Shown: piece after piece, positions 37,556-46,932 of the stretch | Layout of the letters: each line of letters begins with the position of its first letter | Numbering within the stretch: position 1 is the first letter of the stretch | Sequence record: LC739536.1 | Source: Escherichia phage phiWec187 | Length of the DNA: 64,000 bases | Strand: one strand, 5' to 3' | Translations under genes and position numbers: made by a program | Notes under the pieces: generated by a model | Told to the model about the DNA's origin: nothing | Seen by the model: the letters and a program-made list of their open reading frames with translations, nothing else | The model's database searches: none

Positions 37556-38527
37556 TCACCATTTTGTATGGTTCGTCAAAAGTTGACGATGTTGAATCCA
37601 ACCACAGAAGTTTCCACTCCACAAACGATGTTTACGATCCATATGTGTAATACCTTCTTCCCAAGAGGAAGGGAACGGAGGAATATTAATACCACCTTTC
37701 TGTTGTTTTAATCCTGACAAATCCATTTCTTTCATTGGCGTTGCCTGGTGTTCAAACGGGGATGCATGTACCTTTTGTCCAGACAGCAAACGAGAATAGA
37801 TATCCAATGCTTTATCTTTAGTATCATTCAACTTACGATAACTTACCTGAGCGCAACAAGAAGCTGAAATAGCTTTTGCTTCATCTTCTGTCAACATTTT
37901 CTCGTTGGAGAAGGTTTCACCCAAGAAATAACGGATCATACCAGTTTCTGGATCTCGATCACGATTAACGTAAGGTGTATGCCATTCTCCTGGGAAAAGA
38001 AGATATGGTTCAGAAGATTCATACAGTTTTTTAATTTCTTTAGCAAGAGCCTCAATAGTAGGATCTGCATCAGCATCTACGCGCAACCACAAGAAGTTTT
38101 CTAGTTCTGTAGTGGTTACTACAGTCTTCATACGCTGAAATGGTTCTAGTAGGCGGTTTGCAACCTGTTTATGATAACCAGCAAGGGCAAACTCTTCTGC
38201 AAAACGTGCAGCACTTAGTGCAGCCAAGTCCCACCATTCTTTTGCAGTATAACCTGCATCAATCAGGGCATCATGATCTGTGCCTTTATCTTGCATACCT
38301 GGTTGGTTAGCACCAAAACGATAAGGACGTGCTGGAGATTGCCGTACCATTTCAATCAGGGTTTTAACAGGGATAGCTCGACTTGATGCGGCATTACGAG
38401 AAAACAAACGATGCGTCATCAATTCAGAGTGAATGATTCGAGGATATTCAAGTTCAAAGGTAACAATATCCTTACCTTCAGATGTTTGAGAGTGTGCAAT
38501 AATTTTTGCTGAAATAGAATCTGTCAT
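37556..38527 (-). CDS. thyX: flavin-dependent thymidylate synthase
   Basis: ThyX signature MTHRLFSRNAASSRAIP (RHR-x7-S); 323 aa, longer than typical. Confidence 0.75.
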   Translation of the reverse strand: MTDSISAKIIAHSQTSEGKDIVTFELEYPRIIHSELMTHRLFSRNAASSRAIPVKTLIEMVRQSPARPYRFGANQPGMQDKGTDHDALIDAGYTAKEWWDLAALSAARFAEEFALAGYHKQVANRLLEPFQRMKTVVTTTELENFLWLRVDADADPTIEALAKEIKKLYESSEPYLLFPGEWHTPYVNRDRDPETGMIRYFLGETFSNEKMLTEDEAKAISASCCAQVSYRKLNDTKDKALDIYSRLLSGQKVHASPFEHQATPMKEMDLSGLKQQKGGINIPPFPSSWEEGITHMDRKHRLWSGNFCGWIQHRQLLTNHTKW

Positions 38528-38536
38528 TATTTCTCC

Positions 38537-39127
38537 TTAAGGTAGTAAAATACTTTCAATTTCTTCCCACTGATTATCTAAACCAGTGATAATTACATTA
38601 GGAAGTTTCTTTAACTCTTCCAAGTATGGATCTTCGTAAATAGTGTTGAAATATATTTTCAACGTTTCATCTGGAAATAGGACAAGATTTTCAGCCCTAT
38701 CGTCAATAGTTACGTCGCAAGGTAATAAGTATTTTTCTTTTGTTGCGAAAAAGCCATTACCAGATGTTCTACTAAAGTCCACTTTATCTAAAGATCGTGT
38801 TACGTGTCTATATTTAGAACTAAGGTGTCCACCCTTAGTGTGGCTTGCTATAGATATATTAGCTCCATTTGCAATTATACGATGAACAACATCTGTACTA
38901 TTAGGTACTACTCCCATAGTATCATATAGATGTTGGTTATCCCAAAAAGAGTAAGGATCTACACCAAATTGCTTTTTAAAATCAGGAAAATATTTCGTAA
39001 TATCATAATGCACAGTCTTATGTGCCTTATCAAATTTGATATTAGATCTACTTACCGCATTTAACCAATTTAACCATTCTATATCCGCAGGAGCTATTAC
39101 TAAATCCCAATCACATACTAGACGCAT
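38537..39127 (-). CDS. hypothetical protein (possible HAD-like nucleotidase)
   Basis: trimmed to Met39 with AGGAG RBS; C-terminal TIDDRAEN resembles HAD motif; weak. Confidence 0.35.
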   Translation of the reverse strand: MRLVCDWDLVIAPADIEWLNWLNAVSRSNIKFDKAHKTVHYDITKYFPDFKKQFGVDPYSFWDNQHLYDTMGVVPNSTDVVHRIIANGANISIASHTKGGHLSSKYRHVTRSLDKVDFSRTSGNGFFATKEKYLLPCDVTIDDRAENLVLFPDETLKIYFNTIYEDPYLEELKKLPNVIITGLDNQWEEIESILLP

Positions 39128-39674
39128 TATTTCTCCTGTTATAACATTTTCTACACATTGTTTCGTAAATGTCTTCTCCCCCAATAACAATCTGTTCTTT
39201 AGAGTCGATAAGTCTAGCATTAAAAATAGCCTTTCTTCCACATTTACAAATGCTTTTCAATTCTGTAATTGAATCTGCTATGGCTAATAACCGTTCAGAA
39301 CCTTCAAACAATTCTGTAGCAAAATCTGTTTTAAGTCCATAGCAGAATACAGGAATATCGTAATTATCTACCACATCTCCAAGAATGTCAACCATATCTT
39401 TAGTTAGGAATTGTGATTCATCCACAAATACTGCATCTACTGGATTTTCTTTAAGCTGTGTATAAATTTCCAGCATATCTTCTTTTGTTTTAACTGGTTT
39501 TGCTTCCTCTTTAATACCTATCCTAGAAGCAATAGCACAACCAGATCTGGTATCTAAAGCCGAAGTTAAAAGAAGAACTTTCATATTTCTTTCTTTATAG
39601 TTCCAAGCTGTTTGTAAAAGATGTGTGCTTTTACCACTGTTCATTGGACTATATCGGAAATAAAGTTTAGCCAT
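39111..39674 (-). CDS. tdk: thymidine kinase
   Basis: P-loop YSPMNSGKST, C-terminal zinc ribbon CxxC...CxxC; 187 aa. Confidence 0.85.
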   Translation of the reverse strand: MAKLYFRYSPMNSGKSTHLLQTAWNYKERNMKVLLLTSALDTRSGCAIASRIGIKEEAKPVKTKEDMLEIYTQLKENPVDAVFVDESQFLTKDMVDILGDVVDNYDIPVFCYGLKTDFATELFEGSERLLAIADSITELKSICKCGRKAIFNARLIDSKEQIVIGGEDIYETMCRKCYNRRNNASSM

Positions 39675-39719
39675 ATTTTCTCCTCTAACGCTCCCATTTG
39701 TGGGAGCGATAATACTGTA

Positions 39720-40295
39720 TTATTTCTCTTCGTCAAGAAGAATTTTTACTATTTGTTTTCTTCGCTTACTTACTGTACTTTCTGGTGAAATTCCGCGCTT
39801 CGTTAGCCAATTTTTATCCTTTTTAGACTGGCATAAAGCTATCGCTTCTTTCTCCGCTTTTGCTTCCCTGAATGTCATATCGTGCTTGTCAGCATAAGCC
39901 AGGATAGCGTTACACTGCTTACAAACTACACGCAGGTCGTCTTCTGTTACATACAATAGGCGTAAAACAAAACTTGGGATATCTTCATAACAGGTTAATG
40001 TACCTGCTGCATTAATATGGTCTACTTGAAAGTCTTTCATACCTCCTGTATATCCACACAATTCACATTTACAATTCCAAACCTGTTTCGGTTTGCCTGT
40101 TTTCTTATCTAAAACTACATTGCCATCTTTATCCAACCTATCGGCTTTAAATCGTACAGATTGGATCTTTTTTATCTTATTCGGGTGTCTCACCCATGCT
40201 TTCCTTAAGCAACCCCTTAAATATGTATAAAAGGCTGCTTGAGTTTTCCAAGGTGTTCCATCTCCCCAAATAACTTTAGGTTCTTTATTTTCCAA
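39720..40295 (-). CDS. HNH endonuclease
   Basis: CKCELCGY...VDHI...N HNH/zinc motif; TTG start in track. Confidence 0.6.
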   Translation of the reverse strand: MENKEPKVIWGDGTPWKTQAAFYTYLRGCLRKAWVRHPNKIKKIQSVRFKADRLDKDGNVVLDKKTGKPKQVWNCKCELCGYTGGMKDFQVDHINAAGTLTCYEDIPSFVLRLLYVTEDDLRVVCKQCNAILAYADKHDMTFREAKAEKEAIALCQSKKDKNWLTKRGISPESTVSKRRKQIVKILLDEEK

Positions 40296-40479
40296 TAGTG
40301 CTCACCTTTTTAGCTACATAATCTCCAGGTGGAATGTTATACTTAAAGAAAAGCATACGGTCTAAACCAGCTTTACACATGTTTTCTGGGATTGTGATTG
40401 TATATAGGAGTTTATCTCCACGTTTATTGTATATTTTATATACTTCACCCTCTCCGTATTGTTTACCGTGAGAAGCCAT
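40285..40479 (-). CDS. hypothetical protein
   Basis: track ORF. Confidence 0.45.
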   Translation of the reverse strand: MASHGKQYGEGEVYKIYNKRGDKLLYTITIPENMCKAGLDRMLFFKYNIPPGDYVAKKVSTIGK

Positions 40480-40864
40480 CTACACTCTCCTTCAATGTTT
40501 CAATAGCATCTGCTGCTTCAATATACTTACCTTTGTACATTGCTTTTAAAGCCTTACGAACAAGATCATCGTCTGTGTATAAATCAATTAGCTGATTAGC
40601 TAACTCAATTTTTACAGGATTTTTTAAGTTAGGGTAGGCTTCATACAACATATTGTAATACTTATCACTTAATTCTTTTTCAATATGAATAACGTGAATC
40701 GCTTTGTTTAGGTTGATCACACGATCACCTTTGTTTCGACAAGCATACTTAGCTAACTTAGTGAAACAAGGAGTTGCACCAATTAGATATGCAAGTTCCA
40801 AAGGTTGCATACGCATACGTTTGTAGTGATCACCATCAATTTGAATATCCAGTGCTGTAGTCAT
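40463..40864 (-). CDS. hypothetical protein
   Basis: track ORF; GGAGG RBS. Confidence 0.5.
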   Translation of the reverse strand: MTTALDIQIDGDHYKRMRMQPLELAYLIGATPCFTKLAKYACRNKGDRVINLNKAIHVIHIEKELSDKYYNMLYEAYPNLKNPVKIELANQLIDLYTDDDLVRKALKAMYKGKYIEAADAIETLKESVDGFSR

Positions 40865-40873
40865 AAATCCTCC

Positions 40874-40903
40874 AAAAATAAAGGGGCTTTCGCCCCTTTT
40901 TTA
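40874..40903 (-). terminator. terminator hairpin (bidirectional-capable)
   Basis: GGGGCTTTCGCCCC at 40883-40896 flanked by A-run and T-run. Confidence 0.55.
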
Positions 40904-41866
40904 TTAAATTCCAATAACAGTGTTTACACGCTTCTCTTTGCTACGCAAATTAACACGTCCACGAGACAGGCTATTACATGATGTGCATCTTAGCACTTGG
41001 AATGTACTAACCGCTGTTGTGTAAACCTTACCAGGAACAACTTCAAGGTGCTCTTTACCGCAACGAGGACAACGAAGTTTTTCATCGTCATAGAATGCAG
41101 ATACGTTAGGATGTTGTGGAATCCACGCACGAAGTTTGATGTAAAGATCTCTAAGAGAAACAACATCACCATCATTGTATGTTTGCATACGGAAGAAGGC
41201 ATGTCTGTCCCCTTCACAACATGCTTTCCACAAAGGAAAACCTTCATTATCAAGTTTAAAGTTTTCTGTATCAAAATACAAACACATTTCTTTAAGCGCA
41301 TTAGAAGGTAGTGCAAACTGCTTCTTAGCTGCCTTGAGTGTATCAATTACAACATAATGTGATGGTGGCTCCATACCGTGAAAAGCAAAACGTTGGTTAA
41401 TATAAGCCTTATCAAACTTAATACCATTGTGCGCGATCACAATATCTGCATCGTCAAGTAAGTGCCAGAGATCTTGACATAATTCCCAATCATCTGTATG
41501 ATCTATGTCAAACAAAGGGTAATTGCTAAGGTTCTTACCTTCTACTTCCCCTGTTTCTAAGTCAGCAGATGAATAGGAAAGCAAGTAACCTCGACGAATA
41601 ACTTGTTCAGGTGCAATAAAGGCTTTGAAACGTGAGAAGCTATACACAATCTCCGGTGCTGTCTCTACGTCAATAATTTTAATTACTGGCCCACCTTTAT
41701 CTTGCGGAGCACCGCGATGTGGTGAATTTACACGAGCTAAGTAATCATTTACTGTGCTCTTCTTAGTAGAACTTCCCAACACCTCTTGTGCAATCTTACG
41801 CGAAGAATAACCTTGTGCTTTCATAGATACAATCAAGGCTTTCTGTTCGTCTGTTAATTTACTCAA
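40904..41866 (-). CDS. DnaQ-like 3-prime-5-prime exonuclease with N-terminal HTH
   Basis: Exo I IIDVETAP, Exo II AHNGIKFD, Exo III YNDGD; C-terminal CPRC...CTSC zinc ribbon. Confidence 0.5.
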   Translation of the reverse strand: MSKLTDEQKALIVSMKAQGYSSRKIAQEVLGSSTKKSTVNDYLARVNSPHRGAPQDKGGPVIKIIDVETAPEIVYSFSRFKAFIAPEQVIRRGYLLSYSSADLETGEVEGKNLSNYPLFDIDHTDDWELCQDLWHLLDDADIVIAHNGIKFDKAYINQRFAFHGMEPPSHYVVIDTLKAAKKQFALPSNALKEMCLYFDTENFKLDNEGFPLWKACCEGDRHAFFRMQTYNDGDVVSLRDLYIKLRAWIPQHPNVSAFYDDEKLRCPRCGKEHLEVVPGKVYTTAVSTFQVLRCTSCNSLSRGRVNLRSKEKRVNTVIGI

Positions 41867-42897
41867 TGTTCCTCCTGCTCTGAAATATATGCTTGTAGCA
41901 TACTTTCAAAAGTTGTTTCATCATTCGCCCAACGTTTCATATATACCAACTGAAAAATTGTCTCTATCCATTCATCAGTTGTCATTTCTACTTCTTCACC
42001 ATCCCAAGAAGTAAATTTAACGCCATCTGGGAACCATTCATAATACTGATCTTTAACTGTCTGAAAAAGTTCAGCCTGTGTTTTACATTTGGAAATAAGA
42101 TTAAAGCAAGTAATATCTCCAAACTTAACATCGAAATCTTGGTAAGGTCGAATACTATCTGTCTTATCGCCCATTAGCATTTGATAAGCTAACCAGTAAC
42201 TACCCCAACCCTTAATTTCTTTTTTCTTACCTTTTTCTACGATCCAGATATCACCGATAGATTCATCAATCAGAATAATACAAGGATTTTTATAAACACC
42301 ATCCTCTTTATAAAAGTTAAAGAGTAAACTTGGTGTGTGCAAGCTATCTTTGTCGATAGATGCTACAATATGAGAAAACTTACCAGTTTCCTTGTAGGCT
42401 TTATACCCTGCATATCCATAGATTTCTAAAGCATCGTCTGCCTCAATACCAGTAACAACGTCACCGTTATGTTTTTCAACTAGATAATCTTTAGTATCTG
42501 ATAAATGGATTGGTCTTAAATCTGATCGTTCTGATTTATATTCTTTTGGCATTTTGAAAGAATGCCGGAAGGTTTTTCCTACCCCGATGACACCGCAATA
42601 CTTTTGAAGTTTTAGGTGATCCATCATCTGGGTTATTTTTGTCTTTGCAGCTTGAAACGTAAAAGAAATATTATCTGGGACTATTTGAACATCTTTTATT
42701 TCAAAATCTTCTCTAGAGAACAACTTCTTACCAGCAGCTTCGCGTTGCGCGTTAAGTGCTCCTAACCATCCTCCAATATTTTTTGAAGATTTACCCCAAA
42801 AATCTGTTCTTGTTTCAAACTCTTTTACATTACCGGAAGCCTTGTGTACAGCGTGGATTTTTCTTTGTTCTAAAGCTGAAGACGCTTGGAACGCCAC
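41863..42897 (-). CDS. 5-prime-3-prime exonuclease / flap endonuclease-like
   Basis: GIEADD and LMGDKTDSI resemble FEN catalytic and H3TH motifs; N-terminal region atypical. Confidence 0.45.
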   Translation of the reverse strand: MAFQASSALEQRKIHAVHKASGNVKEFETRTDFWGKSSKNIGGWLGALNAQREAAGKKLFSREDFEIKDVQIVPDNISFTFQAAKTKITQMMDHLKLQKYCGVIGVGKTFRHSFKMPKEYKSERSDLRPIHLSDTKDYLVEKHNGDVVTGIEADDALEIYGYAGYKAYKETGKFSHIVASIDKDSLHTPSLLFNFYKEDGVYKNPCIILIDESIGDIWIVEKGKKKEIKGWGSYWLAYQMLMGDKTDSIRPYQDFDVKFGDITCFNLISKCKTQAELFQTVKDQYYEWFPDGVKFTSWDGEEVEMTTDEWIETIFQLVYMKRWANDETTFESMLQAYISEQEEH

Positions 42898-42989
42898 TTG
42901 ATCGTAGTCTATTGCAAGAATTGTGTTCTCGTCAACATATTTGTGCAGGTCTTCCGGTTGGATTAAAATGTAACCGCTAATATTACCTC

Positions 42990-43202
42990 CTATTCATCAT
43001 CTGAACTCTCTGTTGAGAATGTTCGTGTGTATGGACACTGACGACTTGCAGAAACCTCTATAACCTTGTCGTACATACCGTTAGAGTAAAAACAGTATTT
43101 TGTACTTCCAGAAACTTGTTCTCCAGAATTAATTAAAGTTATTTGACCAGCATAAGAATAAGAACTGATTACTAAAAGTAAACCGACAAGAAGTTTTTTC
43201 AT
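42990..43202 (-). CDS. small secreted protein
   Basis: N-terminal signal peptide MKKLLVGLLLVISSYSYA. Confidence 0.5.
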   Translation of the reverse strand: MKKLLVGLLLVISSYSYAGQITLINSGEQVSGSTKYCFYSNGMYDKVIEVSASRQCPYTRTFSTESSDDE

Positions 43203-43276
43203 GGTGTGTCTCCTTAAAAGCCCACCTAACTAAGTAGGTAGGCATATTAACACATATTAAATTAGTAAGTCAAGTA

Positions 43277-44161
43277 TTATTTTTGAATAGTTGACTTAAT
43301 AAGGTCTTGCATAATACCACGGATTTCATTAAAGCACAGAAGAACAGATGCTTCAAAAGATCCTTCTTCATCGTTAAAGTATTTAGGGAATTTAATACCA
43401 CTCAACTTAAATTCTTTATCAACAATAAAGTTAACGAAACCGTCATATTCCAGGCCAATGGCAACAACGTGCTTACCATCTTCCATAAGTTCTACTGCAC
43501 GAGATTCATAAAGGGATTCTTTACTCCATACAACCACACCTTCCGAATCTTCAAGTTTAATATAATTACCAAGGGTCAGTCGTTCAGCCTCATGTTCTTC
43601 TAAGATGGTATCAAAACCTTTAATAATGGCTTCTTCGTGTACACTAAACGGCAGGACTGGGAAAGTACCCAACACCCCACGAAGAAACACAGCAATATCT
43701 TCACTAATTTTCTTAGTACCATTAAGAACGTAGGTAATACTGTTTTCAGTGTCTACAACAACATAGTTATAGAAATCATCTGCCTCTGTCTCTGGGAGCA
43801 GAGAAAACACGATATCAGCCTCAATTGCTTTTTTACTTTCTTTGTCCAGGAAGAATTCTTTAGTAGGGTTTGCAGCAATAAACTCTTGTTCCATCTCCTG
43901 GAGTTTTTCATTAAGAATGCGTTTAACTTTTTTCTTGTTAACTTTCTTAACAGATTGCCCTACTTTAATAACCTCTAAACCAGAGAACACTTTTACATAG
44001 GAACCATCATCTTCAAAACGAACAAGACCAATGGTATGTGCTTGTTGACCCTGTGCCACAACAAAATCCAGCGGTTTGTCTGTTACTGTGTTCAGTGCGG
44101 AAATAGACAGACCATCACCAGAAATCAGGGTTACGCAAGATTTGAAATTTTTAGCAAACAT
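43277..44161 (-). CDS. rdgC: RdgC-like recombination-associated protein
   Basis: 294 aa; SLLPETEA...VVDTENSITYVLNG...LRGVLGTFPVLPFSV resembles E. coli RdgC core (from memory). Confidence 0.5.
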   Translation of the reverse strand: MFAKNFKSCVTLISGDGLSISALNTVTDKPLDFVVAQGQQAHTIGLVRFEDDGSYVKVFSGLEVIKVGQSVKKVNKKKVKRILNEKLQEMEQEFIAANPTKEFFLDKESKKAIEADIVFSLLPETEADDFYNYVVVDTENSITYVLNGTKKISEDIAVFLRGVLGTFPVLPFSVHEEAIIKGFDTILEEHEAERLTLGNYIKLEDSEGVVVWSKESLYESRAVELMEDGKHVVAIGLEYDGFVNFIVDKEFKLSGIKFPKYFNDEEGSFEASVLLCFNEIRGIMQDLIKSTIQK

Positions 44162-44171
44162 AGTTTTCTCC

Positions 44172-44450
44172 TCAAATAATAACTACAAAATATTTTACAC
44201 CATCATATTCGACAATATGATCAGGATATTTAAATCCTTTATAAGATTTACCAAACAGACTAACAGCCTCATTAGCTTTGTTTTGCGGATTACTCAGCCA
44301 CTGTTCTTCTGTGTAAAACTTAAACTCTGTTCTCTTACCTTCTTTTTCTAAACCAACAATTTCCTGTGTGATATCTTCAATACCTGCATTCTTCAAGGAT
44401 TTGATTACCTGACGCAAACCGTGTTTAAAGATATCTTCTGCTGTTAACAT
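44172..44450 (-). CDS. hypothetical protein
   Basis: track ORF. Confidence 0.45.
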   Translation of the reverse strand: MLTAEDIFKHGLRQVIKSLKNAGIEDITQEIVGLEKEGKRTEFKFYTEEQWLSNPQNKANEAVSLFGKSYKGFKYPDHIVEYDGVKYFVVII

Positions 44451-44485
44451 AATACCTCCAATAAGCCCCGAAGGGGCTTTATTTC

Positions 44486-45208
44486 TTAAGCAATGATTGC
44501 TGCGATATTAGGTTTAACAAAGGTAGATGGTTTCATAATTTTACCTTTGTCATCAAAGAATACGTACACCTTTTGAACTTCGTTATATACAGCATGTACC
44601 CCAGTATAAGAACCTTCTGCACGATCTTTGCTTCGCATCTCGATAGCATCGCACTCTTTTTCAAGAGCTTCAATAATATCCTTAGTTTCCCAAATAGCTA
44701 GGAGTTGCTTCTTGGTAGGATACTTGGACTCATTGCTATTCAACACTTCACGCATAACCTTCTTCTCGTTATAAACAGAACGCACCAAAGTATCTCGTGC
44801 CATACGGGTAAGTGTAAGAGACATTAAGGCAAATTGCAAGTCATTTTCTACCATTTTATCAAATTCAATGATAACATCGTAAATGTTCTCTGCCAGAACA
44901 TCTCCTGTTGGCATTTCCAGAGCTTTATCAACACCTTCTTTACCAAAGAACATAAACGCCAGGTAGGATGCTACCACAAAAATATCTGCTGCTGCATCAA
45001 GTAATTCAACGTGATCATTTTCCTGTGCTGCTGCTTGAAACTCTTTAAGTTCTTCTCGTACAAAAGAAAGTTGAGCTTCAAACATCTCTTGAGTAAATTC
45101 TGGAGTTACTCCACCGCGTGCCTTAGCATTCCAAGCAACAATTTGATCGGCAGCTTTGATAAAGAAGCTATTGTCCACTTTTACTTGTTTGAAAAAATTC
45201 TCGATCAT
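44486..45208 (-). CDS. MazG-like NTP pyrophosphohydrolase (tentative)
   Basis: EELKEFQAA...ELLDAAADI resembles MazG/HisE all-alpha motif; weak. Confidence 0.35.
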   Translation of the reverse strand: MIENFFKQVKVDNSFFIKAADQIVAWNAKARGGVTPEFTQEMFEAQLSFVREELKEFQAAAQENDHVELLDAAADIFVVASYLAFMFFGKEGVDKALEMPTGDVLAENIYDVIIEFDKMVENDLQFALMSLTLTRMARDTLVRSVYNEKKVMREVLNSNESKYPTKKQLLAIWETKDIIEALEKECDAIEMRSKDRAEGSYTGVHAVYNEVQKVYVFFDDKGKIMKPSTFVKPNIAAIIA

Positions 45209-45217
45209 TGTTTCTCC

Positions 45218-45424
45218 TTATTTAAAATATTGTTCTAACAAAACACTAATGCGAACTACCGATTCGCCCATATACGCCCCAGCACAGAGGAAAACAACAA
45301 ATCTACAAAAATTGCAGTACCATTTGTCCACTGGAAACGAGGCTAACATTATAATTGCAATAGCAATTAACATCATAAGAACTGTTACTAATACCATATT
45401 ACCTCTTACTCTGCTGGTTCCCAA
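45218..45424 (-). CDS. small membrane protein
   Basis: hydrophobic stretch VLVTVLMMLIAIAIIMLASF; overlaps ligase 3-prime end. Confidence 0.3.
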   Translation of the reverse strand: MGTSRVRGNMVLVTVLMMLIAIAIIMLASFPVDKWYCNFCRFVVFLCAGAYMGESVVRISVLLEQYFK

Positions 45425-46521
45425 GTACCTGGAATCATCTTACGTAAACGGACACCTGTTGGTTTCGTAGGTATTCCACCATCGGAAAACTCTTCATACT
45501 CAATCTCAACAAATTTACCAATTAACATTTCGGCATTTTCTGCTTTACGATAGTTAATGGTTTCATCTGAATCCTTACGCATCAGGAATTCGACTACTTT
45601 ACCATTTTCCATCTCTCCTGTCAATACCCCGTCACCATTTTTATCACGCTTTGCACTTACCACTTTAACTTCAAGCGTCTGACGTGGTTTACGTTTAATA
45701 ACATCATAAGAACGTTTATCGAATTCGTAAACACCTTTTGCGTTACGATACACCACACCTTCCGCTTTCTCGCGTAGGGCTTTTGCATAGAAAGCCTCAA
45801 ACTGTTCTTGGTTTTCAATGTACTCTGTATGTACTACACAAATAAGTTCATCTAAACCTTTATCTTCAACAACTTCTTTTAGAGCAGCCAAAACTTGAAC
45901 CCTCTTCTCAAATGGTACAGATGCCACAGGAACATCATATACATAGTATTTAAGAAGCGGTGTGTTAGCATTATGCTTTTTCCACGCACTATTAATTTGT
46001 TGAAGGCTAAGGACACCCAAGCCAGCAAAAACTTCACCGTCAAGAGGATGACCAACTACTTCTTTAATGAAGGTTGGAATTTCTTCCCAGTGAGGTGGAA
46101 GTTTATATACCTCCCCAGCTTTAGATAAACATTCACCTTGCATGTTAATCATTGAACGTAGACCATTCAATTTATATTGTGCATAACCTGGGAACAAAAC
46201 ACGGTCAGCATAATCTTTATAATCCTGACATTTCATGGGTGTGGAAGGAACATGGTTTTCAGCTTCCTCTTTTGTTTTATAATACCCATTCTTAAGTTGC
46301 TTTGTCCATTTGGCAAGAGCTTCTATTTCAGCTTGTTCTTCTGCTGTTGTTTCATTTGAGCGACCAATATTTTTAGGTTCTGCCGTATAAGATTTGCTAG
46401 TGATCTTTCCACCTAATTGACCATGAGCAACAGTTACAACACTACCTTCGGTATAGACTGACCACTGTCTAATTTTACCTGTAGAAGTTTTACCATACAA
46501 TGTAGGATTAGTTTGTTTCAT
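45406..46521 (-). CDS. ATP-dependent polynucleotide ligase
   Basis: trimmed to Met17 with GGAGG RBS; motif I KLNG, III DGEVF, IV EGVVYR, V KRK. Confidence 0.6.
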   Translation of the reverse strand: MKQTNPTLYGKTSTGKIRQWSVYTEGSVVTVAHGQLGGKITSKSYTAEPKNIGRSNETTAEEQAEIEALAKWTKQLKNGYYKTKEEAENHVPSTPMKCQDYKDYADRVLFPGYAQYKLNGLRSMINMQGECLSKAGEVYKLPPHWEEIPTFIKEVVGHPLDGEVFAGLGVLSLQQINSAWKKHNANTPLLKYYVYDVPVASVPFEKRVQVLAALKEVVEDKGLDELICVVHTEYIENQEQFEAFYAKALREKAEGVVYRNAKGVYEFDKRSYDVIKRKPRQTLEVKVVSAKRDKNGDGVLTGEMENGKVVEFLMRKDSDETINYRKAENAEMLIGKFVEIEYEEFSDGGIPTKPTGVRLRKMIPGTWEPAE

Positions 46522-46711
46522 CTTTAACCTCCAGTTGCGAAAGAACCCATTTAGCCATTTCAATTTCACCGTGTAGTCTGCCTAGTTCATAGGCATCATC
46601 AATATTACCACCAGTGTAATCATCCACCATAAAGTAAGGATCTTCACTACTGTTAGGCGCGTTTGCAATTCTCGTTAGTTCTTCAATAAATGTCATAGTT
46701 AACCTTACCAA
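46508..46711 (-). CDS. hypothetical protein
   Basis: track ORF. Confidence 0.45.
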   Translation of the reverse strand: MVRLTMTFIEELTRIANAPNSSEDPYFMVDDYTGGNIDDAYELGRLHGEIEMAKWVLSQLEVKDETN

Positions 46712-46929
46712 TTATACACAAGAGTTTGAATTTCTTCCATCAAATCTTCAAGATCTGTATCAACATATTCAGAAGATGTTGCCATAAAGTATGTAATCAT
46801 TATAAACCCTTCCGAAGAAAGGGCATCAAGGATATCATTAAACATATCTTCCATTTCAGTATTCTCACCAAATGAGAATAACATTTGTTGGTCTTCGCTT
46901 ACACCTTTAACATAGATGGCTGTACTCAT
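46705..46929 (-). CDS. hypothetical acidic protein
   Basis: track ORF. Confidence 0.45.
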   Translation of the reverse strand: MSTAIYVKGVSEDQQMLFSFGENTEMEDMFNDILDALSSEGFIMITYFMATSSEYVDTDLEDLMEEIQTLVYNW

Positions 46930-46932
46930 ATA

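Noticed and set aside
36787-39241. Dihydrofolate reductase expected near ThyX/NrdAB
   Set aside because: None of the ORFs in this interval shows DHFR motifs; with ThyX, which does not produce dihydrofolate, DHFR is not required.
40990-41357. ORFs 40990-41346 (-), 40997-41311 (+) and 41175-41357 (+)
   Set aside because: Alternative-frame or antisense ORFs inside the exonuclease gene 40904-41866; no independent support.
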